Source of the DNA: Eutreptiella sp. 'Long Island Sound 2002'
Lineage: Eukaryota; Protista; Euglenida
Direction of reading: 5' to 3'
DNA: 64,000 nt
Assembly (NCBI GenBank): GCA_964036045.1
Contig: OZ038378.1
Span: 180,978,001-181,042,000 of the forward strand
The position numbers and the translations under genes were made by a program. The notes beneath the pieces were generated by a model, which saw only the letters and a list, made by a program, of their open reading frames with translations, had not been told where the DNA came from and made no database searches. Positions 25,548-38,285 of this stretch are shown here, in pieces (the first letter of the stretch is position 1; each line of letters begins with the position of its first letter).

Positions 25548-26028
25548 GTGTTGTGTTGCCTCCTTTCACCTTCCGTAGGTTGGGAGGATATCCTTCCAAA
25601 GGACAGGGGCAACAGGGCAACGTGCTGCCTCTGCCAATCGCTCCCCATGCTCATTGCCCTTTGTCCCTATGTGGGAGGGTATCAAGAGCCACTGAACTCT
25701 GTACCCCGCCTCCTCCAGAGATGCCTCAGGACGACGACCCACTGGACGCACGGCCCGAACCGCCCGCCACCCCCACGAGACCCCTCAACTCACAAGAGAC
25801 TCCCGACGCACTGATGTCGTATGCTGCACCCCAGCCCCTCAAGCGAAGTCTGGAAATGTAATCACACCGACACCACACGCCCTGTTGGTGCGTCAATCGC
25901 AGCCAGAGACGAGTGACCAGACACCCACCACAGTGACATCAGGGGTTCAGGGGCCAGGGTAGTCGGAACAGCCAGGGTGAATTGCAGGTCACCAAAGCCT
26001 CCCCCAATCATTCGAGTTAGCTGCATGG

Positions 26029-26346
26029 CAGGGCTGTCCTTAAGATTTTTTTTTTTGGTAAGAACAGTCCTGAAGGACAGCCCCTAGGGACCACCAACCG
26101 CCAACCGCCAACCGCCCACCGCCAACCGCCCACCGCCACATACTGCCAACCGCCAACCGCCAACTGCCACCAACCGCCAGCCGCCAACCGCCACCAACCA
26201 CTAACCACCACGAACTGCCAGCCATTGCTCAATAATTCTTCTGTGGTCTTGTGTCTTGACCATGTTCGTGGAGCAAAGAGCGTCCCCTGCAGGTTCGTTT
26301 CTGTTGGCGTTACCAACCCCCTTTTTCCCCCTTAAGGACAGCCCTG
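26029..26346. mobile_element. hAT-type MITE, 318 bp
   Basis: 16-bp perfect TIR CAGGGCTGTCCTTAAG; 8-bp TSD CTGCATGG (26021-26028, 26347-26354); internal (CCAACCG)n tract. Confidence 0.9.
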
Positions 26347-26640
26347 CTGCATGGACTCCGCTACACAGGGAGAGCACCTTGGGAACTATTCCATTGCCCC
26401 TGTACTGACCCAGCGTGTGCAACGCGCGCCTGAAGTGCGTCCAGGCCCAGTTCAGCATGATCTAGCCCATCTCACTCCACTCCACCCCCCTCTCATGCGT
26501 ATTTGAGTGTCCTGACCTCCCAAACGTGCCTGAGCCCACTGAGGCTTGTAAGCTGAAGGAGCACCCAAAACCCAAACCTTATAAAGCTAGCGGCTCAGGT
26601 GCCCTCAACAGGCCAAGAGCTCCATCTTGCATCCCCCCAG

Positions 26641-27146
26641 ACCTGAAGGCCATGGTGCGTGCGCTGCTGGATGCGGGTGCAGACCCCTCTTTGACGCTCT
26701 CTGGCAATGAGAAGTACACCGCGCTCCACTACGCGCTGGAGGACAACCAGGGCGAGGTCGTGGAAATGCTGCTGGAGGCCGGTGCCGACCCAATGCCCAC
26801 CATCCGTGAACAAGGGGTCCACGGGTTCATGAAGCTGCACGCCGCGACGCGCCGTGTTATGGGCATGAAGTGCTGTACCGCCCTTGAGGCGGTCCTGAGC
26901 GACGACGCAGAGGAGGTAGAGAGGCTGCTGGCCGGCCCTGGCAGACACGCACTGCTCTTGTTGCCGGACGAGTTCAAGTTCACGATGCTGGACCACGCCT
27001 GCCTGCATGGGTGCACGCGCGTCGCGACGGTCCTGGAGGCGGATGAGGAGAGCTGCTGGCGGAGCGAGACCGCGGAGTACGCCGTATGGGGCGGTGTTGA
27101 AGTGGATTGGGCGGACCGCGGCGATCTTTGCAAGCGGCTGGAGAAG
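26641..27146 (+). CDS. Gene B exon: ankyrin repeats
   Basis: Acceptor CCCCCCAG| phase 1; MVRALLDAGADP, YTALHYALEDNQGEVVEMLLEAGADP, FTMLDHACLHG; phase-0 donor AAG|GTATCG. Confidence 0.9.
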
Positions 27147-27647
27147 GTATCGCTATTGCATCACACCCACCGCCAGCCATTCACCACCGACTGCCCTGTT
27201 ATGGACTGCCACAACTTGACTGGCTGGTGAACCTTCAAGAGTGCGATGTTGATGACCCACTGGGGCCCTCCATAAACCACCAATTGCTGTCCCCCTCCCC
27301 TCTCTGTCTGGAGGGATGGGTGGCTCTGGTGGAGGAGCCGCACAACACAGGAAGTGGGAAAGGTTCAGCCCAGGTGCAGTGCCGTATGTCCCATGCAAGG
27401 CCCTAATGGAACAAACGCCCCGAGTGCATAGCTATCGAGGCCTGAACACGGACATCCTTCCAACAATCAGCCAGAAAGCCTCCAACCTACACCCACCGAA
27501 GTGTCCTCCCCTGGGACTGTTTCTTTAGGGGTTCCTACATGGTGGGACGGTGTGTGTGGACAGCACGGACACCACAAAACTCCGCACCTCGCCGCTTAAC
27601 AACCAAGTGTATGAAACCACAAGTACCCGCTGGCAAACTATTTCCTC

Positions 27648-28232
27648 TTGTATGGCCAGGGGGGGGTGCTCAGAGTGCGGTACCCTGGGGCCACAACAGA
27701 GGAAATAAAGCGGGCATACAAGCAGCTCAGTGTCAAGCTACACCCAGACAAAAACGCGCACCACAAGGAGAAGAATGAGGGACTATTCAAACAAATAGGG
27801 AAGGCAAAGGACGGACTGCTAGACACAGAGGCCCGAAGACGGCACGACGCCGACATACAAAGAGGGGACAGGCACCAACAACGGGAGGTACGCCACTGCA
27901 ATAGGGGAGCTGCGACACACGACCCCGGACAGGAGGGCAGAAGGCCAGGGGAACCAAACACGCTGACGATGCAACGACGCTTTGCATACGTGACTGTGGA
28001 CTTCATGGAAGCACAGTACACAAGTATAGTACGGGCCCGCAAGTGGCAGCTAGCCTGCACGCCGATTCCCAACATGACCAGGGGTGAGGTGTGGTACCTC
28101 ATATGCCAGGACGCACGATGCCGGTGGTCCCGGTGCGCATCGTGGCCGTTGGTGTGTATACCCCGCAGTGTAGCTGCCACCCACATGGGGTGTGCTACGC
28201 ACATGGAGAGTGGCAACCGGTTGTGCACATAG
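27648..28232 (+). CDS. J-domain (DnaJ) ORF inside an intron of gene B, probably cargo of a repeat element
   Basis: VLRVRYPGATTEEIKRAYKQLSVKLHPDKN...FKQIGKAKDGLLDTEARRRHD, with HPD at 27741-27749. No clean ATG; intronless. Confidence 0.7.
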   Translation: MYGQGGVLRVRYPGATTEEIKRAYKQLSVKLHPDKNAHHKEKNEGLFKQIGKAKDGLLDTEARRRHDADIQRGDRHQQREVRHCNRGAATHDPGQEGRRPGEPNTLTMQRRFAYVTVDFMEAQYTSIVRARKWQLACTPIPNMTRGEVWYLICQDARCRWSRCASWPLVCIPRSVAATHMGCATHMESGNRLCT

Positions 28233-28479
28233 ACGGGGACCTACCAGGAGAGAACATCCTAGTCTCACAACCGGGCAGATTGCTGCCCACTGATCGCCCA
28301 GCGAAGTTAATCGCGGCAGCCTCGTGGAGGCGTTGAGGGGTTCAGCACAATGCCTAGCCACGCAGATCCGACAGAATGCAGCACAGTGCAGTGCAACGCA
28401 CATTAGAACGGCACAGGGCAGCATGACGCCCAAGCACACAGAGCTGACAGAGGCACACAAAGGAGATCAACACACAAAC

Positions 28480-29300
28480 CTCGTAGGCAGGCCCCGGGGG
28501 CTCGGATTCGGCCCCGCGAATGGGGTGGGTGGCCCTATGCAAGCACTTCGGAGGTTACCCGGACTCGGCTCCGACGGGAAGAGTGGCCCTGCCCGGGTAG
28601 CCGCGGCCGCCACGCCTCATGGAGGCAGCGTAGCGCACAACGCAGCGCAGCACGCCAGAGCTAGTAGCGGCACACAGCGAAACTTGCCAGCACACGAAAG
28701 CACACAGCACACATTATAGCAGAACAAAGCAAAGTAGTGTACCACAAAAATGGCGGCGGGCAGCCACACCACCTACCGCAAGCACCAACACCAGCCCAAC
28801 ACCCAACGCCCAAGGTGGGGGCCAGACCCACCACACGGGCACTTCACCCATGCGCCGCCACCGCCGCTTGCAAACAAGACACGTGTGCAAGCCTCAAAGG
28901 CCGGCCCTGGGGGCTTGGACTCGACCCTGCCAATGGGCGGGCGGCCCTATCCAAGCGCAAGGTTACCTGAACTCGGCCCCAACGGGGCGAGCGGCCCTGC
29001 CCGGGTAGCCGCGGCCGCCCCGCCTCACGGAGGCAGCGAAGCGCACAACGCGGAGGCAGCGTAGCACACAACGCAGCGCAACAGACCAAAGCCGGCAGAC
29101 ACACACAATGAAGCGCGCCAGCACACGACAACACAAAGCACAGAGTACAGGAGAACAAAGCAAAGTAGTGTACCGCAACAACAACAGTGGACAGCCACAC
29201 CACCCGCCACGAGCACCAACACCAGCCCAACACCCAACACCCAGGGTGGGGGCCAAACCCACCACACGGGCACGCACTTCACCCACACACAGCCACCACC
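28480..29300. repeat. Two diverged tandem units of ~410-430 bp
   Basis: CCCTGCCCGGGTAGCCGCGGCCGCC at ~28587 and ~28996; AAAGCAAAGTAGTGTACC at ~28726 and ~29158. Confidence 0.75.
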
Positions 29301-32300
29301 GCCCACAAACAAGGCACGCACGTGGAGCATCACCAAGGGTCCACGACCCCACGCCCCAACGCCAACACGGCGCCCACCACACACACAACAACCAAGGCCA
29401 CACCTACACACAACATAGAAGGGATGCTTCCCTGATACACTCCTGGGAGCCATCACCATCCCGACCACACCTGGAGGAGAAGGCAACCCAAACCTAAGTA
29501 AGGGGGTCGCCCCTGCGGGGGGTTGGTAGCCGGCTACGCGGTTGTCCAATGGGCAGCGACCTAAAACATGTACTGCCCGCGAGTAGCTAAGTTCTGTCAC
29601 TAGGGCCTAGTGCAGGGGCCTTGGGCACACTTATGAGACACTGCGTCCAAACCATTGTTGGTCACTGCATACAACCAACCAGGGGGTGGACTTACACGAG
29701 TCCCTAGCTCCGAGGCGTGGACAGCCCGGAGTGAAGTCCTCAACCGGGGAGCCCCTCAGCAGCCCCGAAAGCAAAAGAGCAACAATGCACCACATTCACC
29801 CCAGAACAACCCCAACAAACACCAGTGACATGTAAGTTTGTAGATTTGGAGACATGTGCAAAAGTGCCTGGTGCCCTTGGTACCACCCAACCGCAAGTGG
29901 GACAACCCGACAGCCACAAAGTGATGCAGGGCGCGACATGCTGCCCCCCCGGCACCGCACACCAGCAACAATGAGCGTGCAAGCAGAAAAAGAAAGAGCC
30001 CGAAATTGGGAGGAACACAAGCAGCAAAGCAATTGGGCACATGGCTGCCCCACACACGGCAGTGAGACGAGCGCCAACAGGACACACAACAATAAACAAG
30101 GGAACCATGAGGTGCTAGCACAACAGCAACCACCAAATGCGGCGCATGCCAAGAAAGCCATAAGCAAACAACCCCCCCCTCCCTCTACAAGGTGCCCACA
30201 TGCTGTATGTTGGCGCTCCCGGGTGCCCCTGTCGCGCACCCCCTCTTGTCCCACCCGCCTGCCCCCCCGTACGAGGGTTTCACATCTCCGTATGGCACGG
30301 ACTGTCCCACGCACGGTTGGCTGGTCACGGCCCTGTTGCCACCCCCGTGGCGGGCACCTCCCGGCGCGCGGCGAGCAGGGGGAGGAGCAACACATACACA
30401 CAGAATGCGGGAGCCACACCAAGAGGGACAAGGGCGAGCACAGCAGACAAGGAGGAGGGGCACAACAAGGCAGGAGAGGCAACCAGAACAGCGGGAACAG
30501 GGAACCAGAGTGGAGCGGATGGCACAGCGTGCGCATGGGAGGCAGCGACGACAAAGGGAATGGCCTAGCCAGCCAGCCCCGTCGCTATCAGGTGCCAGGG
30601 CAACCCCTGCTCAACCGGCATCAGGTGGGGGGTGTCTCCCGCAGCCCAGATGGGCTGTTTGCGCGATACGAGCGGGAGCCCATCAGGGGCAGACCAGCCG
30701 TGAGGGGGAAAAGGGCCTATGGTGGACGGCCGGGACAGCGCGTGGAGAAACAGGGCACCTGGGCCTCACGCACACAGAAACACAGCGAGGCAGGCTACGG
30801 ACGGCCTGTGGACAGAGGCGCGTGGACAGCAAAAACAGTCAAACGACCCCGGCAACAACTAGCCCCTCCTCAATACGCCAACTATTGGGCGCCGCTCACG
30901 CGCAAACAACACACCATGCCACATTCAGCACAACCCCAACACACCAACTACTGGGCTCCGCGAACGCGGAAACGACACCAGCAAGAGCACCGGCCGCAGC
31001 GGCCGACATAAAGCAGCAACCTGACGCCACATGCGAAGAGAAGAACGGGTGACTGTCCAAGGCCCCGTAAAGGAGCAACAACCAGACGGAATGTCACACA
31101 GGGGGTGGAAAAATCATTTGCGCAATTTTTTTCGTACCCCCCTCCTCTAGGGGTACCCTCCCCAACAAACTAGCACCCCCTGTAGGAATTTTTTTTCGCA
31201 AGGAGGATTTGCATGTAACCTTCACTTTGCTACATTTTGTGCTATAAGGAGAATTTGCTTCATCTGGTAGAGGGTGAAAAGTTGGGTTTTCACGCCATGT
31301 GTCTATACTCAAAGAGAACTCAATAATGGATGAAAACCATATTGGACCAAATATCAATACCGTCCTGTGCAAACATTTGTCAGAGATGGCCTGTACCCTA
31401 GTGGGCAAACAGTGCCTCTGTGCTGGGAAGGTCTTTGGTTCATCTCCTGGGTCTGGCAATCTCCATGATTACAGGTAGGATGTGGGACACAATGGAAATT
31501 TTTATTTTAGGTTTTTGTTGCTGTTTTGTGCTTTGATCTTGTCCCCTTTGTTGGGGAGCCCCGAGAATGCAAGGGTTATGTAGCATTTTTGTCTACTTTT
31601 GGGCCTACCGATAAGAGGCCAAGGTGGGCGCTGCATTGCAGCCGGAATAGACCGGGGATCTTTGTGCCGTGAAACACAAATACCACCCATATTGGCTGAA
31701 ACATCAATGATCACCTTGAAAAATATCCTCCTTGCACCTTCCAAACCCAAAGAGGTGGGGTAGAGTTGAAGAAATTTCAGCTTTTGGGGTCCGGAAAAAA
31801 GGTTCGCGCAAATTTTTTTTTCGTACCCCCCCCCTGCTCCGGAAATTCCCTGAAAAAAAAGCTGTACGCTGGTACCAGGAACTTTTTTCTACGCCCCCCC
31901 CCCCCCCGTTTATGGCTCCCCTATACAGCCGCACACATGGCATTGCAAGGCTAAGTGTGTAAGTACACGAAGGTGCAGGGCTAAGGTTCAATCATCCAAT
32001 TAAATTTTAATCTGCATTTTACGATGTGCATTATATTAGTTTTTTTTTGTATGTCCGTTGTGAAGTCCCCCCCCCCCCCCAAAACGCAATCTACATGCAA
32101 AGTTTTGTACTGAGAAAAAATTCACCGAAATTTGCAGACTGGTGTACAACCTCAATCACAGATGTACGGGAAACCCTGGTGCCTGCTTTTTGCATTTGAC
32201 GCCCCCTCCCCTGCCCCCATCCCGTGGCTAAGCAAAGCCCTGCCTGTGATTCCAAACACTGCTTTGATTTCAGGGCCTCGCCCATGGGGAGCCACAGTGG

Positions 32301-32672
32301 TTTCGCCTGCACTGTGGTGCCAACAAGAACAATACCGCTCATGGGGGCTTTGGAAGGTTGATTTATGTGTCTGCCAGAATTTCCTGCTTTTTGTTTTCCA
32401 CTTATGACAAGTGGTCCATGGTCTTGTTACCCCTGCTGAGGCAGAGTCCAAATGCTCGGAATTTAGTAGGGAATACAAATGCACCAAAAATGAACACCCC
32501 CCCCCCCAAAAAAAGACCTCTGCCACCCTCTTCTTGTGGCTTGCATGGTCGCCCGTTTGGGGTTCTGAAGGGGGTGCAGGGGTGGGGTGTTGGGCTCCGG
32601 GTGCCCACTTGAAATGCCCCCGTGGTTGTGGTACTCCGATGGTTCCTCAAGAGAACTTTCTGGGACACATAG

Positions 32673-32974
32673 GCACTGGCGAAGTGCAAGACAGAGGATC
32701 AGCCGCTTCTGCGATGGAAGGCTGGGGCCGGTATCGCGAGTGTTGCTAACGCCAAGCGAGATCGCCGGCAGCGCGGCGAACCGGAGACGGTGGGGCAGGG
32801 CGCGCTCCAGGCGCGCATGGAAGACGGCATCGAGGAGGCGAGCTCGCGGGTGGCATCGTTTTATGATTCGAGCTTCGTGCCACCACCTCTGCTGGTGTTC
32901 TATGAGGGGCTGAATGAAGTCGCGATGCCAGCGTCTTTCAAAGACAAGGAGGAGCTTCTGTGGGATACCAAGCG
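32673..32974 (+). CDS. Gene B exon: linker
   Basis: Acceptor CACATAG| phase 0 (ALAKCKTEDQPLLRWK...LLWDTK); phase-2 donor CG|GTATGA, which matches the next exon. Confidence 0.75.
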
Positions 32975-35900
32975 GTATGAAACCTTCGTGCTACCGGTGT
33001 ACCCGAGCCCCCCCTTTGGCTGCCATCATGAGCAGTGGGACAGACATTTTACTCTTACCCGCAATAAGCCCCGCCGCCCCACGTCCAACTGCCACCAGTA
33101 CCAGCGTCAGTACTGACCGGCAAACCTGCTGCGAGTTGGTGCCCACCTGATGCGCCCCCGCCTCCCCCCACCACACACACGACCATTAATACAACCCCAT
33201 CAACAACAGTAGGCCACGCCAAAGACACTAGATACCGGTTGTGCTACGCGGCATCCTACCAGCCTTCATGGCACAACCCCCCAGGCCAGTGCGGTATGGA
33301 CTCCTAGAGAGTGTGCAGAGATCACTAGTGCTGGTAGAGGGTCCACAAACAACCACCGGCAGATTCCAGCCATGCCGCACTTGGAAGCAAGAGGTGAGAC
33401 GAACCAAGCTGCAACTGTGATTCCACTAAACCTGGGCCCTCTCCTGCAGCAGTACGGCCTTGTCCTTGTACATAGCCTGCGGTGCTAGTAGTATCAGGCA
33501 TCCTCAATTGACCTAGACGGCTTGTGCAAGCTGTCTCAAGGAAATCTGGTGCATGCTTAGGGGAACCCATCTGTCCCTTTGTGTGTTGGTATCCACTGCA
33601 TCTCCAACTGTGGTAGTCTCATAAGCAGCACCAAACCTACGCCAGGGTTGTCTCAAGGGGAAAGCATCCACATTTGACAAGCGATGCATGGTTGACCCTC
33701 TGCGCACTGACATTTTTGTCTTGAGGGGTGTAGGCCCGACTGGACCACCATGGTTGTCTGCTTTTTTCTCCTTGGCCAGGCAGATGCATCCTAGACCAGA
33801 ACCTAGCTCGCTGCTCCAGGACCACTCTGAATTATGGTGGTAGCTCCGTGGCTCCGAATGTGCTCAACGGTGTTAGTTCAGCAAGCCAATAATCACCATT
33901 TTGCTCTGTGTGTTGTCTGTGTACTGGGGCCCACACCTGACACATTACAGCAATTACCCCAGCACGTGCCCTTGACCCACAGATTGGCCACATGCCCCAG
34001 ACACGCCGGATGCCGAAGTTGACTCCATGATCCATGATCTTGTGGTGGCAAGTCCTAAGCATAGCCCGGTTGAGTTAGCCGGGGAGGTGGCTGAGTGTGT
34101 GGGGGATGGGAGAGGGACAGGAGGTGTTTTGGGGGGGGGGGGTTGTTATGGTTTGCCATAGCAATTGTGTGCAAAGCCCTGAAGGTCAGACAGGTGTTGC
34201 CGGCAGCCATGGCTGCGAGGTGCTGCTCGTGGGTTCCATTGGAAGCAACCCCAGCGGCGGGAGTCGGGGGGCTACTGGGCCCTACTTCACACACCTGTGG
34301 GAGATAAAAGCTTAGCACGCCCACAGGAGTCGCCCTTTTCCTGTGTATAGGCCACATCCTACTATAGCTAGTTCCTATTGGACATGTGCATGTGTCCGGT
34401 GTGGACGTTTCTCTTGGTCTTTCACCTTGAAACGGTGGCTTCAACCTCCTTCAGGTACACCTTTTCACACATCTCTCGGGGACGGTTACATTTGCGCCAA
34501 CACGGTGGGTTTTGAAGGGTCAGTGCCATTGTTGCCTCATTTAAGTCTGCTGGGTGTCCCGTTGGTTGGGTATGTAGGTATATTCGGAAAGCCCTTGAAA
34601 GGGGCTATTTGGAACACCCTGGGTCTGCATGCTGTACTGACGATGTGTTTGAGATTTTCGTCCGTTTTGGGCGGTGCCTGTGTTGCTTGCTGCCTCTTTT
34701 TGTCAACAGGCAGCCACCATGTCCGCATATAAATTCACTCCACAGGCTGTTGCCTCCCCAGATGCACCCAGAAACCTTTGGTTCGCAAAAGAGCACGCTC
34801 TGGGGGTGCAAAGTGGGTGCAATTTAGCTGGCGTACATCTGCTAGCCCAGCAAAAAGGCCTCGTACAGCCGGTTCGCAGCAACCTGCATGCACCCACAAG
34901 GAACACCAGATCCTGATCACCGCAGAGGCCGTTTCTTTTGCAACCCAATTTTGGGATTATGTAGTGCACCCCACGAAGGCTTCACAGCATGAGTTCTTGG
35001 CCACACATGTTCTGATTCACAAGCAGGGGGATGTGTGCCCCAATGGGGTCCCTGCCCTTGTGGAAAGGGGCAACAATGAGGACGATTCGGATTCAGAATA
35101 ATCAATGATCCCTCAAGCATTGCTCCGTCCTGTGCATTGTCCAATTTGCAGCTCTGTGCTAAAAAATGTGACCCCCCCCAACCCATACATTTCTGAAACG
35201 GCCTTTTCTCACAGATTTCAAAAAGTATACACATACCCCCCCGAACGGAACGAAATTTTGGCGCATTGGACCAAAAGTTCATAAAACCCAGGAAAAGTGC
35301 CAAAACCCATCGTGTTGGCGCATAACGAATGTCCCCGAGAGATATACATGCATCCAAATCACCACTGAGCCCCAAGATGAGCTGTTGTGGGGTTCAGTGA
35401 GCCTCAACGATCAAGTCCACGTGAAGGGTGGGTACAAATTCAAATGCTATTGGGCGATATGGGTCAGGGATGGGTTGTTTTTAGGGGTAATGTGGCTGTT
35501 TCTGGTAGTCTTGGAAAGTTATGTTGGCCGAGTCCCTTTGATTCATGGGCACGCGCAGTACTTTGTGCTTTGTAGACTCGCCATACCATCATTAAGGTCG
35601 CTATGCGGTGCCATACAGAACTGACAGCGGACATAACCCAACAACGGCATCATTGAAAAAACCATTGCTCTCAATTTGCAGTACAAAGAGGAAAATTAGT
35701 ACCGAAATTATACTACAAAACTTGGTGCTCGCATGCTTCTACAAAAAGAATGATTGTTACTCACCTTGCGCCTTTTTGGGGGGGAGGGCCTTCCTGATTT
35801 TGCTCCAAAGAATGCTACTTGTTTTTGCAGCAAAAAAACTTACATGCTCTTTTTTGTCCCCGCATTGCATTTTCCATCTGCCTTTTTCCTCCTTGCACAA

Positions 35901-36041
35901 ATGCATGGCAACAGACCCCTGTTGCAACCAGCTAGCCTTATGGACTCTGCCCACCCCAGTGGGCTTTGGAGCCATACTATCCACCTGCTTCCCTATGCCT
36001 TTCTGTCATCCACACCATTACTGCATTCGCCACACCCAAAG

Positions 36042-36465
36042 ATTTGTCGTGTCGGTTATCACTGAGGACGCGGACAACGAGGGTGAAGACATGCGGCTGA
36101 GTCCAGTGGACATCGCAGTACTCTTCATGTACACACTTGAGAGTGACATCTACCGGGTCTGCAATCGGGTGATGCGGAACGGGGAGGCCGAGGGCATTCA
36201 GACATGGCGGCCCTTCATTTACTACTTGGACAAGGCCCTTGACCTGATTCCCACCGCCGGTGCTGAGCTGTACCGTGGCATTGCCATCCCCTTTGACCTC
36301 AAAAAATACGACGTCGGAAAGGTGGTTGAGTGGGGGTCCTTCACCAGCGCGTCTGCAGACAAAGAAGTGGCCTCGTCCTTCCTTAAAGGGGAGTTTGGGC
36401 TGCTGTTTGTCCTCAAGCAGCAGGACGGCCGGTCCATCAGCAAGTACTCATTCTATCCGGAGGAG
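36042..36465 (+). CDS. Gene B exon: NAD:arginine-type ADP-ribosyltransferase domain
   Basis: MYTLESDIYRVCNRVMR...WRPFIYYLDKAL...ELYRG...WGSFTSAS...VASSF...LFVL...GRSISKYSFYPEE. Acceptor AAAG| phase 2, donor at 36466. Confidence 0.9.
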
Positions 36466-37559
36466 GTGTTGCCTTCTCCCACTCAACGTGTTCAGCTCAT
36501 GTATTTTTCCGGCACAAGATTAGTGTGTGTCTGTATGTGTGAGTGTATATGTTTGTATATGTGTATGTTCCGCTATTGTCTGCCTGCTCATGGTTCCAAT
36601 TGTAGTGTGGGACTGTGCTGAGCTGTGCTGGGCTGGGCTGGGCGAGCTTTAACCCGAACTGAAGTTCGAGCAGGTGTTGATACCCTGTTTCTGTGGAGGC
36701 CTGTGGTTCACCTAAGCTGCCACAGGCTGAAAGGGTGATTTCCACATGGGCGAGACCAGCTGGCTGGCGATGTTTGCACCACTGCTCTTCTTTCTCTGCA
36801 CCACAGGAAGGCGTGTAGCCTTTGCCTGTTTTTCACAGGTATCATGCATGTGTTTGTGTTTGTGTTTGTCAGTGGTGTGTGTGTCTGTTGCCTTCAGGGT
36901 GTTTGTGTTGGGGGCTTTTGCATAGTGTGTGTGTGTGTGTGTGTTGGTGCTGGTGTTGGTGTATGTGTATGTGTATGTGCATGCCCATGTGTTCCTGTAC
37001 GTGCATGTTTTATGTGTATGCATATGCATGTGCATGCCAGTGTGTGTGTATGTTTGGTGGTCAACCCATTGATACGGTAGGTGAAGGACTGGGCTCCCAC
37101 ACTGAGGCACTCTGATACTGTGCCTTTGTTTCGGCGTGGTTGGATGGTTGCATCCGATACATGCATACAAACATCTCTTGCTTGCACTGTGACTGATCTG
37201 TGCTGGCCTGTGAGACCTGCTGTTCTGTGACTGGACCCTTGGTGCAGCGGCCGGCCTCCCGTAGAAGTCAGCGATGACAGTGAGACGTCACACCAAGGTG
37301 CTTGCTGATGGAGAGAGATAACTTGGTAAACCCAAGTTGCTGGCCCTGAGCACCAGTCACCTGCTGTCTGTTGCTTACCGCTTGCTGCTTGCCGCAGGTT
37401 AGACCTGCAGAGGGCTGGAATAACCCTTCTGGACATGGTTTACACATGTTTCTTAACCGCTTTTCTTGCTCCGTTCTTGTTTCGTGGTTCCCAAGCGTGT
37501 GCATGTGTATGTGTATGTGTAGTGTATGTATATGTGGCATAATGTACCACGGTACCCCC

Positions 37560-37730
37560 CCCCCCCTGCCACCCCCGTCATTTGAGGAGTATTTCGAAGT
37601 CTTACATTGCTTCTCCTTTTTGAAGTTGTATGTCTTTGGGTGGTTGCAATCCAGTAGCTCTTGCGAGGTGGCTGTGTTCAACAAGGTTGGTATACCAAAG
37701 ATTCCGCTTACTCCGCCGCTTAGCTCACCT
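37560..37730. repeat. Dispersed repeat, with a second copy at ~56360-56490
   Basis: Shared GGTTGCAATCCAGTAGCT...GGTGGCTGTGTT...TTCCGC...CGCTTAGC following a C-run. Confidence 0.65.
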
Positions 37731-38129
37731 TGGTGAGGTCTCAACCCCCCCCCCCCCCATGATTTCGAGGGTTGGGAACCCCCAAAAACATGTTTGAGAA
37801 GGGTTGTCTGGGTTGGAATTTGGGGTCACAAAGGGGTAGGAATGGCTCAAATTAGGGTATGACATTGCTGCAAACAGGATGTTAACTAGGCAACCCAAAA
37901 CGCAACGCAGGCAAAGGTGACCACAAAAATGATAAGGTAGGGTGTAGGTGGGCCTTCTCCTTCCCCAACCGGGGCAAAAGAATGAGGAATGGATGCAGTG
38001 GAAGGTATTGAGGGGAGGGAGTTGAGGTTTAGTGGAAGGTATTGTACAAAGACGGCACAATGTAAAATAGGGTTCTTACCGAGTGACATTGTCCCCAAAA
38101 GCCCTAATAGCCTCAAAATCCTGAAACTA

Positions 38130-38285
38130 GCCATTTACGCCACCGGGGGGCAGGCCCTGCAATGCCCCTTTGGCGCCATTGACTGTCGTCTGCCTGTGCC
38201 TGTGCGGTGGCATTGCCTTGCCATTTACTTGTGGGCACATAATGACCGACCGAAGCTCCTACACCCAGAACAGCCCATGGCTGCA
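38130..38285. repeat. Dispersed repeat; the copy at ~40220-40540 carries a ~180-bp insertion
   Basis: Shared CCCTGCA.TGCCCCTTTGGC.CCATTG...GCGGTGGCATTGC...CACCCAGAACAGCCCATG. Confidence 0.7.

Noticed and set aside
29400-29620. HDV-like or hammerhead ribozyme
   Set aside because: No L3/P1.1 (YCC-GG) arrangement and no CTGATGA...GAAA core; kept only as a generic structured-RNA candidate.
29854-31011. 385-aa ORF as a protein-coding gene
   Set aside because: Low-complexity and overlapped by long ORFs in several frames, as expected for skewed repeat DNA; no domain.
33300-34040. DIRS-type RT remnant (SIEDA*YY) on the minus strand
   Set aside because: Too degenerate; no YxDD in frame.
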